From Candidatus Poribacteria bacterium (GTDB lineage Bacteria > Poribacteria > WGA-4E > UBA9662), in NCBI GenBank assembly GCA_036339735.1, contig JAYZAL010000040.1, positions 1-22,624 of the forward strand: a stretch of 22,624 bases of DNA, read 5' to 3'. Both the position numbers and the translations under genes were made by a program. How positions within the stretch are numbered: position 1 is the first letter of the stretch; every line of letters starts with the position of its first letter. Shown one piece after another: positions 1 through 8,388 of the stretch. The notes under the pieces are model-generated. The model did no database searches. It was not told the origin of the DNA and saw nothing but the letters and a program-made list of their open reading frames with translations.

Positions 1-564
1 GTCATTAGATCCGTTGATTCGATGAAGTCAGTTAAGTTCGCACTATCGGCTACTCAACGTAAGTACCCTGATGCCAGTCACTATTGCTACGGTTACCAAT
101 TTGGACTGGGTAGGAAATTGCGGTCTTACGCTACCGATGATGGTGAGCCAAATAATTCAGCGGGACAACCGATTTTATCAATACTAAAAGCAAGTGGCTT
201 ATCGAATCTGATATGCTTAGTTGTTCGTTATTATGGAGGAGTCAACCTAGGTATCGGTGGCCTTATTAGAGCTTATGGTCAGTGTACTAAACAGTGCTTA
301 GACTTGGCCGAAACAATAACTCAGACTTGCTACCACCGGTTGATTATTACTGTTGCTTACGATAGAGTTGATCAAATTTACAGACTAAGTCGTAAAATGA
401 AAGCTGTAATTTCTGATGTTGCATATGGTCAAAATGTAGTTATTCAAATCAAAGTTCGGCCGAGTGTGAAATCCCAGTTCACCAACCAACTGAGGGGAAT
501 TAGTGGGATTATTTCTGTCGATATACCAATCGAGAATAAAGTCTCATTCAGAGAACATGCCTAG
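1..564 (+). CDS. yigZ: YigZ/IMPACT family protein, probably 5'-truncated by the window edge
   Basis: Motifs ASHYCYGY, DDGEPNNSAGQPIL, VVRYYGGVNLGIGGLIRAY. The frame is open from base 1 (VIRSVDS-MKS...) and the usual N-terminal KSRF segment is absent, so the true start is likely upstream of the window. Confidence 0.88.
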   Translation, partial: VIRSVDSMKSVKFALSATQRKYPDASHYCYGYQFGLGRKLRSYATDDGEPNNSAGQPILSILKASGLSNLICLVVRYYGGVNLGIGGLIRAYGQCTKQCLDLAETITQTCYHRLIITVAYDRVDQIYRLSRKMKAVISDVAYGQNVVIQIKVRPSVKSQFTNQLRGISGIISVDIPIENKVSFREHA

Positions 565-587
565 ACGAAATTTCGGAGATTCATAGA

Positions 588-1760
588 ATGAATGTCTTTT
601 CAAAACGGATTGATCGTTTGCCTCCTTATATGTTCGGCAAACTCAAGCAATTGACTTACGAACGACGTACCCAAGGAGTTGACATTATTGATTTGGGTAT
701 GGGAAACCCTAACGATCCGACGCCACAGCCGATTGTGGATCAATTGTGCAACGCGGCACAAGACCCGCGCAACCACCGTTACTCAGCTTCAAAAGGAATC
801 TTTAATCTTAGACGCGAAATATGTAGATATTATCAAAGTCGGTTTGGTGTTAATCTTGATCCCGAGACTGAAGCCGTTTCTGTTATTGGAACCAAGGAAG
901 GCTTGTCTCATTTGGCTCTTGCACTAATCGACGAAGGTGATTTGGCTTTAGTTCCTAACCCAACGTTCCCTATCCATATCTACAGCATCATTTTAGCCGG
1001 TGGCAGTGTCGTTAGCATTCCGTTAAGAGAAGAAAATCAATTTGTGCCAAGTTTATCAGAAATTACCAGAGAAATATGGCCGCGCCCCAAGGTATTGATC
1101 TTGAGTTTCCCACATAACCCAACCGGCGCGGTAGTCGATCTTGAATTTTTCCGGGAAGTAGTTGACTTTGCGAAGCAGAATCAAATTGTATTAATCCACG
1201 ATTTGGCATATGCGGACATCGTTTTCGATGGCTATGAAGCACCTAGCCTACTTCAAGTTGAAGGAGCGAAAGAGGTTGGGATCGAATTCATGTCGCTATC
1301 AAAATCCTACCACATGGCAGGCTGGCGCTGTGGGTTTGCAGTTGGCAACCCCGAATTGGTTAGTGTCCTTGCAAAAATCAAAGGTTATTACGATTACGGT
1401 ATTTTTGCTCCAATTCAGGTCGCAGGCATTACTGCACTCCGATCTGATCCTAGTTTGGTCCGAGAGCATGCACGACTTTACCAAGAACGTAGAGATGTGC
1501 TGATCGAAGGATTAAATCGAATTGGTTGGCCCGTACCATCACCACGTGCATCAATGTTTGTTTGGGCTCCTATTCCACAGGCGTACAAAAACATGTCCTC
1601 AATGGAGTTCGCTACTAAGTTACTAGATGAAGCAAAAGTCTGTGTGTCCCCTGGGGCTGGGTTTGGACATAATGGTGAGGGGTACGTACGCATTGCTCTA
1701 GTCGAAAACCCAGATCGTATTCGACAAGCCATTAGGCAAATCCGCCGAGCGTTATTTTAG
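588..1760 (+). CDS. alaC: PLP-dependent class I/II aminotransferase, AlaC-like (LL-DAP aminotransferase-related subfamily)
   Basis: RIDRLPPY, DLGMGNP, IGTKEGLSHL, FPHNPTG, HDLAYADI, PLP-lysine motif SLSKSYHMAGWRCG and KGYYDYGIFAPIQVA closely follow AlaC. GGAGA SD upstream. Substrate not proven. Confidence 0.8.
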   Translation: MNVFSKRIDRLPPYMFGKLKQLTYERRTQGVDIIDLGMGNPNDPTPQPIVDQLCNAAQDPRNHRYSASKGIFNLRREICRYYQSRFGVNLDPETEAVSVIGTKEGLSHLALALIDEGDLALVPNPTFPIHIYSIILAGGSVVSIPLREENQFVPSLSEITREIWPRPKVLILSFPHNPTGAVVDLEFFREVVDFAKQNQIVLIHDLAYADIVFDGYEAPSLLQVEGAKEVGIEFMSLSKSYHMAGWRCGFAVGNPELVSVLAKIKGYYDYGIFAPIQVAGITALRSDPSLVREHARLYQERRDVLIEGLNRIGWPVPSPRASMFVWAPIPQAYKNMSSMEFATKLLDEAKVCVSPGAGFGHNGEGYVRIALVENPDRIRQAIRQIRRALF

Positions 1761-1770
1761 CTAGGCAGGA

Positions 1771-1799
1771 AAATCCCATTGTATTATGCAACGGGATTT
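1771..1799 (-). terminator. Hairpin between convergent alaC and rpsU; likely intrinsic terminator
   Basis: On the minus strand AAATCCCGTTG pairs with CAATGGGATTT (one G-U pair), ending in a short U run. Confidence 0.5.
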
Positions 1800-1891
1800 A
1801 ATATTGGAGACAGGCACTATAGCGGGGGACGTTTCTGATAGGGTGAATGTTAGACAAAACTTATGGAAGTAAAAACCATCTTATTCAGTCT

Positions 1892-2107
1892 TTACCGGCG
1901 TCGTGAATTACTCAACAATCTTTTTTGCTTTCGAATTCGCTTCTGCTTCGCTCTCCGCGCTTTATCACTTGGTTTTTCGTAGAATTTTCGCTTTTTAACT
2001 TCAGTGATGATTCCTTCCTTGCTACAGATCTTTTTGAATCGACCGAAAGCTCGATCAAAAGATTCATCTTCTGAGACAATCACTTCTATATTAGCTACAT
2101 TTGCCAT
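1892..2107 (-). CDS. rpsU: 30S ribosomal protein S21
   Basis: 71 aa; ESFDRAFGRFKK...GIITEVKKRKFYEKPS and a basic C-terminus are typical of bS21. Strong SD (GGGGGTGA) upstream. Confidence 0.95.
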   Translation of the reverse strand: MANVANIEVIVSEDESFDRAFGRFKKICSKEGIITEVKKRKFYEKPSDKARRAKQKRIRKQKRLLSNSRRR

Positions 2108-2188
2108 TTATTCATTTCACCCCCTTTGATTTCTACTGGTGGTCTTTTGCGATCCGACCCATCTGGCGAGCCAGAAGTACGCTGGGGT

Positions 2189-2218
2189 ATTATAGAGAAT
2201 CGATTAGAAAATTGCCAA
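2189..2218 (-). promoter_or_regulatory. Putative sigma70-type promoter for rpsU
   Basis: Minus strand TTGGCA (2218-2213), 18-nt spacer, TATAAT (2194-2189). Confidence 0.55.
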
Positions 2219-2246
2219 CCTAATTGGCGTGACGAAGCTAATTGAA

Positions 2247-2275
2247 TTGACCCAAATGGCCAATTGGTCTATAAT
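2247..2275 (+). promoter_or_regulatory. Putative sigma70-type promoter for the SDR gene
   Basis: TTGACC (2247-2252), 17-nt spacer, TATAAT (2270-2275); back-to-back with the rpsU promoter. Confidence 0.7.
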
Positions 2276-2319
2276 GCTCCCGAGTACGATAAGTATATTT
2301 AGTTGCATGAGGAAGTGTT

Positions 2320-3111
2320 TTGTCTCTATTTTCATTAAAAGACCGTGTGGCACTAGTGACTGGTGCTGGTAGGGGGATTGGCAGAGGGATCGCTGAAGGC
2401 TTTGGTCAACAGGGAGCCACAGTAGTGTGTGCAGCCCGATCCACAGACCAGATAGAGGAAGTGGTCTCTTCGATACAAAGCAGGGAAGGGAAGGCTTTAG
2501 CTCTTCAAATTGATGTTAGCAACCTGGATTCTATTACAGCAACAGTTGATACGATAATCGATCAATTTGGCCAGATAGATATTTTGGTTAACAATGCTGG
2601 TATGAATGTCCGTCAGCCATTCATGGAGGTCACTGAGGATAACTACGACCAAATTATGGACGTAAATTTGAAAGGTTTATACTTTCTTAGCCAAGCAGTA
2701 GCAAAATACATGGTTCATCGTCAAAAAGGAAAAATCATCAATATTGGCTCACTAACCACTGGCATTACTTTAGACCAAATATCAGTTTATACTGCTACAA
2801 AAGGAGCCGTAGGTCAACTAACAAAATCTCAGGCTCTTGAATTAGGCCCGTATAATATTCAAGCCAATGCTATTAGTCCGGGTTTTGTTGTCACACCCTT
2901 GACTGAAAAAATCTGGTCTGATAAAACAATGCGAGATTGGGGAGAAGCTAAAGTTCCCCTCGGACGATTAGCTCAGCCAGAAGACATGATCGGAACAGCC
3001 GTTTTTTTGGCTTCATCTGCTTCTGACTATGTAACCGGTCAAATTATTTACGTTGACGGTGGTTTCATGACCGGTGACGTTTGGCCTTTGCCCTCAGCTG
3101 CGAGCAACTAG
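2320..3111 (+). CDS. Classical short-chain dehydrogenase/reductase (gluconate 5-dehydrogenase/KduD-like)
   Basis: TGAGRGIG, NNAG, catalytic YTATK, ISPGF, DGG. TTG start with GAGGA 6 nt upstream. Confidence 0.9.
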   Translation: MSLFSLKDRVALVTGAGRGIGRGIAEGFGQQGATVVCAARSTDQIEEVVSSIQSREGKALALQIDVSNLDSITATVDTIIDQFGQIDILVNNAGMNVRQPFMEVTEDNYDQIMDVNLKGLYFLSQAVAKYMVHRQKGKIINIGSLTTGITLDQISVYTATKGAVGQLTKSQALELGPYNIQANAISPGFVVTPLTEKIWSDKTMRDWGEAKVPLGRLAQPEDMIGTAVFLASSASDYVTGQIIYVDGGFMTGDVWPLPSAASN

Positions 3112-3188
3112 AAAGTGCAGAGAGTCTAAAAAACGAGCTTTTGCTAAAACAGTTTCACCCGCGTCCCCCCTCAATTCTACAAGTGGGC

Positions 3189-3406
3189 TGTCAGGATTCT
3201 GATTTTAAGCGATTTCACATTTTTCTATGTGGGGCTTCCCAGTAGGTTTTATACGGAATTGTTTCGTAGGAGAGTGTTTTGAAATACACCGTGAAGTTGG
3301 AATTATGGTATTTTGTTTACTTGGCTTTCTAGGCGAATTACTTCTAGTAAAAAAACACGCTCCGATTTTTTCTATACCAGAGAGCTGATTGAACCGAATC
3401 CTGACA
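3189..3406. mobile_element. Possible MITE or internally deleted IS remnant
   Basis: Perfect 11-bp terminal inverted repeat TGTCAGGATTC (3189-3199) / GAATCCTGACA (3396-3406) around a non-coding interior. No clear target duplication and no transposase. Confidence 0.4.
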
Positions 3407-3415
3407 TATGGCTAG

Positions 3416-3444
3416 TTGACACGTCGACACGACGATGATATAAT
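3416..3444 (+). promoter_or_regulatory. Consensus sigma70-type promoter with extended -10, upstream of the purF-containing run
   Basis: TTGACA (3416-3421), 17-nt spacer, TATAAT (3439-3444), with TG at 3436-3437. Confidence 0.85.
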
Positions 3445-3526
3445 CTGCTCCGCCTCTGCCCAATCTTAGCTTGCTTTCAAAAGTACCAACGAGTTGAACT
3501 CCACTTGAAGGATGCATCCCTGATCA

Positions 3527-4102
3527 ATGGAAACCCGTCAAAATCTCTTGATGATATTAGTCCAAATTGGAGTTGGGTCTGTCTCAGGTATGGTACTAGC
3601 TATTGTTGGTTACTTCCTCGCTAATAATTTGTTTTTGAACTCTCTTGTCAGTAATAGAGTTCAAAATGGTTTTTGGGTTGGTCTTTTCACTCTGATTGCA
3701 TTCCTGTCAACTTATAGCTTAAGTGTAGTAGGAGTTGCTTATGGAATTAAGCAAGTAGCAAATCGATTTGGACAAGATTGTAACCTGAAACATGCCTGGC
3801 AAGGATCGTTCTTAGGGCCACCAGCTCTGGCTGTTTTAGTAATGACTACTCAGCTTAACTGGCAAACGCTGACTGAGTCCTTTGGCGATGGTTCTCTGTT
3901 CAGTTGGGTGATTTTGGTTGTTCAACCCGTCGCTCAATTTTCTTCTTTTCCGGTCTTTGTATTACTAAAAATTGGCGTTCCTGTCGAGTTAATGTATTCT
4001 CTGTCAGTTCCAATTGGAGGTATAATCGGTTATCGTTTTAACTGGCACCGATCAAGTGCTGCTTTAGATAGTACGAACGATGGTTTCTTCAAAACTGAGT
4101 GA
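3527..4102 (+). CDS. Hypothetical multi-pass membrane protein
   Basis: 191 aa with about 4-5 hydrophobic Gly-rich segments. No family recognised. Confidence 0.75.
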   Translation: METRQNLLMILVQIGVGSVSGMVLAIVGYFLANNLFLNSLVSNRVQNGFWVGLFTLIAFLSTYSLSVVGVAYGIKQVANRFGQDCNLKHAWQGSFLGPPALAVLVMTTQLNWQTLTESFGDGSLFSWVILVVQPVAQFSSFPVFVLLKIGVPVELMYSLSVPIGGIIGYRFNWHRSSAALDSTNDGFFKTE

Positions 4103-4177
4103 TAGTAGTAATTCAGACCTGTGCGGGTACCAAGTTATTCTTTTCAATCACTGTTCCTTGATTTTATATAGATAACG

Positions 4178-5623
4178 TTGTTGATGCAATTCGATCCAGT
4201 TCTGACCGATGACAAGCCGAAAGATGAATGTGGTGTCTTTGGAGTATTTGGCCACGAAAAAGCTGCTGAGCTAACCTATTTAGGGCTTCGTGCACTCCAA
4301 CACCGTGGTCAGGAGAGTGCAGGCATTGTTGCTTCCGAAGGTCAGACGATTTCCTACCACCGTGGAATGGGCTTAGTAACGGAAGTATTTAGTGATATGA
4401 AAAAGTTGGCCAAATTAGAAGGTCATCTGGCAATTGGTCATAATCGATACTCCACCACCGGTAGTAGTAATATTGAAAATGCTCAACCGTTAGTTCGACA
4501 GTATTCTCGTGGTCCTTTGGCAATTGCACATAATGGTAATTTGGTTAACGCTTACCGTGTCAGAACAGACTTAGAATCTGCTGGGTCAATTTTTAATGGT
4601 ACATCCGATACAGAAGTCATTGCACACCTGATCGCACGTTCACAGCAGGGGCTGTTGGAGGATCGAATCAGTGATGCTCTCCAAGAAGTTCGTGGTGCTT
4701 ATTCATTATTGTTTCTAGGTAAATCTGTACTAATCGGTGTGCGTGATCCTGATGGTTTTCGACCTCTGTGGTTAGGTCGACTTGGTGAATCTTATGTTCT
4801 CGCTTCTGAAACTTGTGCTTTTGACGTGGTCGAGGCTGAACCGATCAGAGAAATTGAGCCTGGTGAAATGATAGTTATTACGGATACTAAAAAACCACCT
4901 AAAAGTTTCCAAGTCTTGCCAACAGCAGACCAGCTGTCCCAATGTATTTTTGAGCATATCTATCTGGCACGACCAGATAGTATGATTTTTAACGAATTAG
5001 CTAATGGTCCACGTCGTGAATTTGGCCGACAGCTAGCTCGTGAATGTCCTGTTGATGCAGATATCGTTATTCCAGTACCAGACTCAGCAACCATTGCTGC
5101 TTTAGGATTTTCTGAGGAGGCTAAGATTCCTTTCGAAATGGGTCTCTATCGTAATCCATATGTGGGTCGAACTTTTATGAATCCATCCCAAGAAATCCGG
5201 GACCTAATGGTCAGAGTGAAGCTAAGTCCCGTCCGAAATGTCCTAGAAGGTAAGCGAGTTGTTGTTGTTGATGATTCGATTATGAGGGGGACAAACTCAC
5301 GCAAAATTATTTCTCTAATTCGTCAAGGTGGCGCAACCGAAGTGCACTTTCGGGTTTCATCGCCACCCAATCGTTATCCGTGTTTCTATGGAGTTGACAC
5401 GCCAACACGGAAGGAGTTAATTGCGAGTTCTTGGACGGTAGAAGAAATAAAGAAGTACATTCGTGCTGATTCCTTGGGCTATTTGAGTATTGAGGGTATG
5501 CTTAGTTGTGTCAAAGAACCAGAAAACTATTGTACTGCTTGTTTTGATGGTAATTACCCACTGGAGTTCAGTGGACAACCCTCAAACCAATTACCAATTA
5601 CGTTTGAATTGAAACCGTTATAG
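4178..5623 (+). CDS. purF: Amidophosphoribosyltransferase (propeptide, Fe-S type)
   Basis: DECGVFG (catalytic Cys after a short propeptide), LQHRGQESAG, GHNRYST, HNGNL, SDTEV, PRPP motif VVVDDSIMRGT, and Cys motifs CIFE, PCFYG, CTAC. Start could be ATG 4184. Confidence 0.97.
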   Translation: MLMQFDPVLTDDKPKDECGVFGVFGHEKAAELTYLGLRALQHRGQESAGIVASEGQTISYHRGMGLVTEVFSDMKKLAKLEGHLAIGHNRYSTTGSSNIENAQPLVRQYSRGPLAIAHNGNLVNAYRVRTDLESAGSIFNGTSDTEVIAHLIARSQQGLLEDRISDALQEVRGAYSLLFLGKSVLIGVRDPDGFRPLWLGRLGESYVLASETCAFDVVEAEPIREIEPGEMIVITDTKKPPKSFQVLPTADQLSQCIFEHIYLARPDSMIFNELANGPRREFGRQLARECPVDADIVIPVPDSATIAALGFSEEAKIPFEMGLYRNPYVGRTFMNPSQEIRDLMVRVKLSPVRNVLEGKRVVVVDDSIMRGTNSRKIISLIRQGGATEVHFRVSSPPNRYPCFYGVDTPTRKELIASSWTVEEIKKYIRADSLGYLSIEGMLSCVKEPENYCTACFDGNYPLEFSGQPSNQLPITFELKPL

Positions 5624-5644
5624 GCTCACACCATAGTAAGAAAT

Positions 5645-6232
5645 ATGAAGGCATTAGAGAAAATTAAAGAGTCATCTCAAACTATCGTCAAAATTTGTCA
5701 AAAGGAACGTTTATCTAGGGCTGATAAAGAAAGATTGTTCAAATTACAGGGAGATATCTTTTCACAAATTGATACTCTAACTGAGTGTGAAATTTGTGGA
5801 GGAGTTTCTGATCTCATTGCTTCTATTACAATTTCTCATACTACTGCTAACTTGTGCAGTCAATGTGGGATTGAGGCTCTAACTGATGGTCAGATCAAGA
5901 AAAGTAGCCGCCGTTCGTCGCGAAAGACCTCAACTAATAATAGAACCGCCAAAAACAAAAAAGTAAACAAGACAAGCCCACTACCTAGCAAAACTACCTC
6001 TATTAAAACTAATACAGCTAGTTTGATTGAAAACATTGAGCTGGAAACTGGCTTGAGCAAACCTATTATCCGACGAATTGAGAAGATGATCGCTGAGATT
6101 GCAACGCCAATGAGTGTTGAACACACCTTTCAATATATGCTTAACGAAGCTAAAATAGCTAAAATGAAAGTTTCCGACGAACAATTGGAAAAAGCCGTAA
6201 GTATACTAATGACGAATACAACTAAGAGCTAA
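5645..6232 (+). CDS. Hypothetical protein with CxxC...CxxC zinc ribbon and basic low-complexity linker
   Basis: CEIC and CSQC pairs, a K/R/S/T-rich middle and helical-looking ends. Fills the gap between purF and dusB. Confidence 0.75.
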   Translation: MKALEKIKESSQTIVKICQKERLSRADKERLFKLQGDIFSQIDTLTECEICGGVSDLIASITISHTTANLCSQCGIEALTDGQIKKSSRRSSRKTSTNNRTAKNKKVNKTSPLPSKTTSIKTNTASLIENIELETGLSKPIIRRIEKMIAEIATPMSVEHTFQYMLNEAKIAKMKVSDEQLEKAVSILMTNTTKS

Positions 6233-6238
6233 AAGATA

Positions 6239-7249
6239 ATGGTTAAAATTGGTAATGTTGAAGTAGGCAAATTTCCGCTTTTGTTAGCACCCATGGAAGA
6301 TGTTAGCGATCCCCCGTTCAGAGCTGTTTGTAAAGAAAACGGAGCGGACGTGATGTACACCGAATTCATATCTTCTGAAGGCTTAATCCGAAATGCAGCA
6401 CAGAGCGTAGCAAAACTGGATATATTCGAATACGAGCGCCCCATCGGGATCCAGATTTTCGGACACAATATCGAATCAATGCGCGAGTCTACCGAAATTT
6501 CTCAATCGGCTAATCCTGATATCATTGACATTAATTATGGCTGCCCTGTTAAACGGGTCACCGGTAAAGGAGCCGGAGCTGGCATACTACAGGATATACC
6601 TAAAATGGTACAAATGACGGATCAAATTGTTAAATCAACCCATCTGCCTGTAACTGTTAAGACCCGTCTTGGCTGGAACGACAATACATTATTCGTGGTA
6701 GAAGTAGCCGAACGTCTTCAGGATGTTGGCATTCAAGCTATTTCGGTTCATGGGCGCACAAGAAAACAGATGTATAAAGGCTCAGCTGATTGGACACTGA
6801 TCGGTAGAATTAAAGAGAATCCTCGTATTCGTATTCCTGTTTTCGGTAACGGTGATGTAGATAGCCCAGAAAAAGCGGTTCGAATGAGGCAAACTTATGG
6901 TGTCGATGGAATCATGATTGGTCGAGCAACCATTGGTTATCCCTGGATTTTCAACGAGATTAAACATTTTATGAAAACTGGCCAGTACTTAGCGCCGCCA
7001 ACAATAGACCAACGTATTGATACCGTCAAAAAACATTTCGAGTTTTCTCTACGTTGGAAAGGCGAAAGGGTTGGACTCTACGAAATGCGTAGGCATTACA
7101 AGAACTATTTCAAAAATCTCAATGGTTTAAAGCCGTATCGCCAACAGTTATGTACTTGCGACGATGTTTCGCGTATTCCTGAGATTCTGGAAGAAGTTCG
7201 GCAACATGTGCAACAAATACGCCCACATAGAATCAAATTAGCTAGTTAA
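6239..7249 (+). CDS. dusB: tRNA-dihydrouridine synthase DusB
   Basis: LAPME, IQIFG, DINYGCP, GAGAG, VTVKTRLGW, HGRT, GNGDV, GIMIGRA, YPWIF. Confidence 0.95.
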   Translation: MVKIGNVEVGKFPLLLAPMEDVSDPPFRAVCKENGADVMYTEFISSEGLIRNAAQSVAKLDIFEYERPIGIQIFGHNIESMRESTEISQSANPDIIDINYGCPVKRVTGKGAGAGILQDIPKMVQMTDQIVKSTHLPVTVKTRLGWNDNTLFVVEVAERLQDVGIQAISVHGRTRKQMYKGSADWTLIGRIKENPRIRIPVFGNGDVDSPEKAVRMRQTYGVDGIMIGRATIGYPWIFNEIKHFMKTGQYLAPPTIDQRIDTVKKHFEFSLRWKGERVGLYEMRRHYKNYFKNLNGLKPYRQQLCTCDDVSRIPEILEEVRQHVQQIRPHRIKLAS

Positions 7250-7276
7250 TCAGATAGCTAGGAGTAGGAGCATAAG

Positions 7277-8290
7277 ATGCAAGATGTAAACCGTCAAGTT
7301 GTTTTAGCCCGACGCCCCAAAGGATACCCCGTCGAATCTGATTTTGACTTGATAGAAAGCCCTATACCCAAACCAAACCAAGACGAGATTTTAGTTCGTA
7401 CAATTTACCTTTCAGTAGATCCGTACATGAGAGGACGAATGAATGCAAGTCGAAAATCCTATGCACCACCGGTTGAAGATCGAGAAGTTATAACCGGTGG
7501 CGTAGTAGGTGAAGTAGTCGAATCAAAAAGTGGGCAATTTTCAGTTGGTGATATTGTACAATGTCAACTCGGTTGGCAAGCTTATGGAATAATGCCTGCG
7601 GGGCAAGCTAGAAAAGTTGACCCTGATTTAGCACCAATTTCGACATCGCTTGGTATATTGGGAATGCCGGGATTGACTGCTTATTTCGGCCTACTCGATG
7701 TTTGCCAACCTACATCAAGTGAAACTGTCTTTGTTTCTGGTTCAGCTGGTGCTGTTGGATCTTTGGTCGGTCAGATAGCTAAAATCAAAGGGTGTCGAGT
7801 CGTTGGTTCTGCAGGTACTGACCAAAAAGTTGATCATGTTTTATCCGAATTGGGTTTCGATGCGGCCTATAATTACAGGAAAATTAGCGACTATACGACT
7901 AAGATTGCTGAGCTCTGTCCAAATGGAGTAGATGCCTATTTTGACAATGTGGGTGGTATACAAACCGATGCGATATTTCCTAATCTGAATCTAGGGGCAA
8001 GAATTGCTATTTGCGGCCAGATCTCACAGTATAATTTGACAGAGCCTGAGTTAGGCCCTCGATTATTTTTTCAATTTATTATTAAACGGCTAACAATGAG
8101 AGGTTTTCTTGTTTCTGATTTTGCTGATGGTTACCAACAGGCTTTAGCTGAGATGGCAAGTTGGCTTAATTCGGGACAGCTGAAATATCGTGAAACTATA
8201 ACTGAAGGCCTAGAAAATGCAGCATCTGCTTTCATCAGCATGCTAAAAGGTGGAAATTTAGGTAAACAGCTGGTAAAGGTCAGCGAATGA
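7277..8290 (+). CDS. NADP-dependent oxidoreductase (CurA/YncB, prostaglandin reductase-like MDR)
   Basis: LARRPKG, YLSVDPYMRGRM, LGMPGLTAYFGL, AGAVGSLVGQIAK, YFDNVGG, CGQISQYN, GNLGKQLV. AGGAG SD. Confidence 0.93.
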   Translation: MQDVNRQVVLARRPKGYPVESDFDLIESPIPKPNQDEILVRTIYLSVDPYMRGRMNASRKSYAPPVEDREVITGGVVGEVVESKSGQFSVGDIVQCQLGWQAYGIMPAGQARKVDPDLAPISTSLGILGMPGLTAYFGLLDVCQPTSSETVFVSGSAGAVGSLVGQIAKIKGCRVVGSAGTDQKVDHVLSELGFDAAYNYRKISDYTTKIAELCPNGVDAYFDNVGGIQTDAIFPNLNLGARIAICGQISQYNLTEPELGPRLFFQFIIKRLTMRGFLVSDFADGYQQALAEMASWLNSGQLKYRETITEGLENAASAFISMLKGGNLGKQLVKVSE

Positions 8291-8388
8291 GCCAATGGAT
8301 ATTAGCAAAAGTCATTTTACGTTGTCTCATGTTTGGATCATACAAGGTTATTGAACTCGGAATGACTATTTTTGGAAAGCACATCTGA
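8287..8388 (+). CDS. Putative 33-aa small protein overlapping both neighbours
   Basis: MSQWILAKVILRCLMFGSYKVIELGMTIFGKHI*. Its ATG overlaps the upstream stop (ATGA, 8287-8290) and its TGA overlaps the downstream start (TGATG, 8386-8390). Confidence 0.4.
   Translation: MSQWILAKVILRCLMFGSYKVIELGMTIFGKHI

Noticed and set aside
4103..4177. Purine/ZTP riboswitch or PurR box before purF
   Set aside because: No recognisable conserved motifs in this short spacer.
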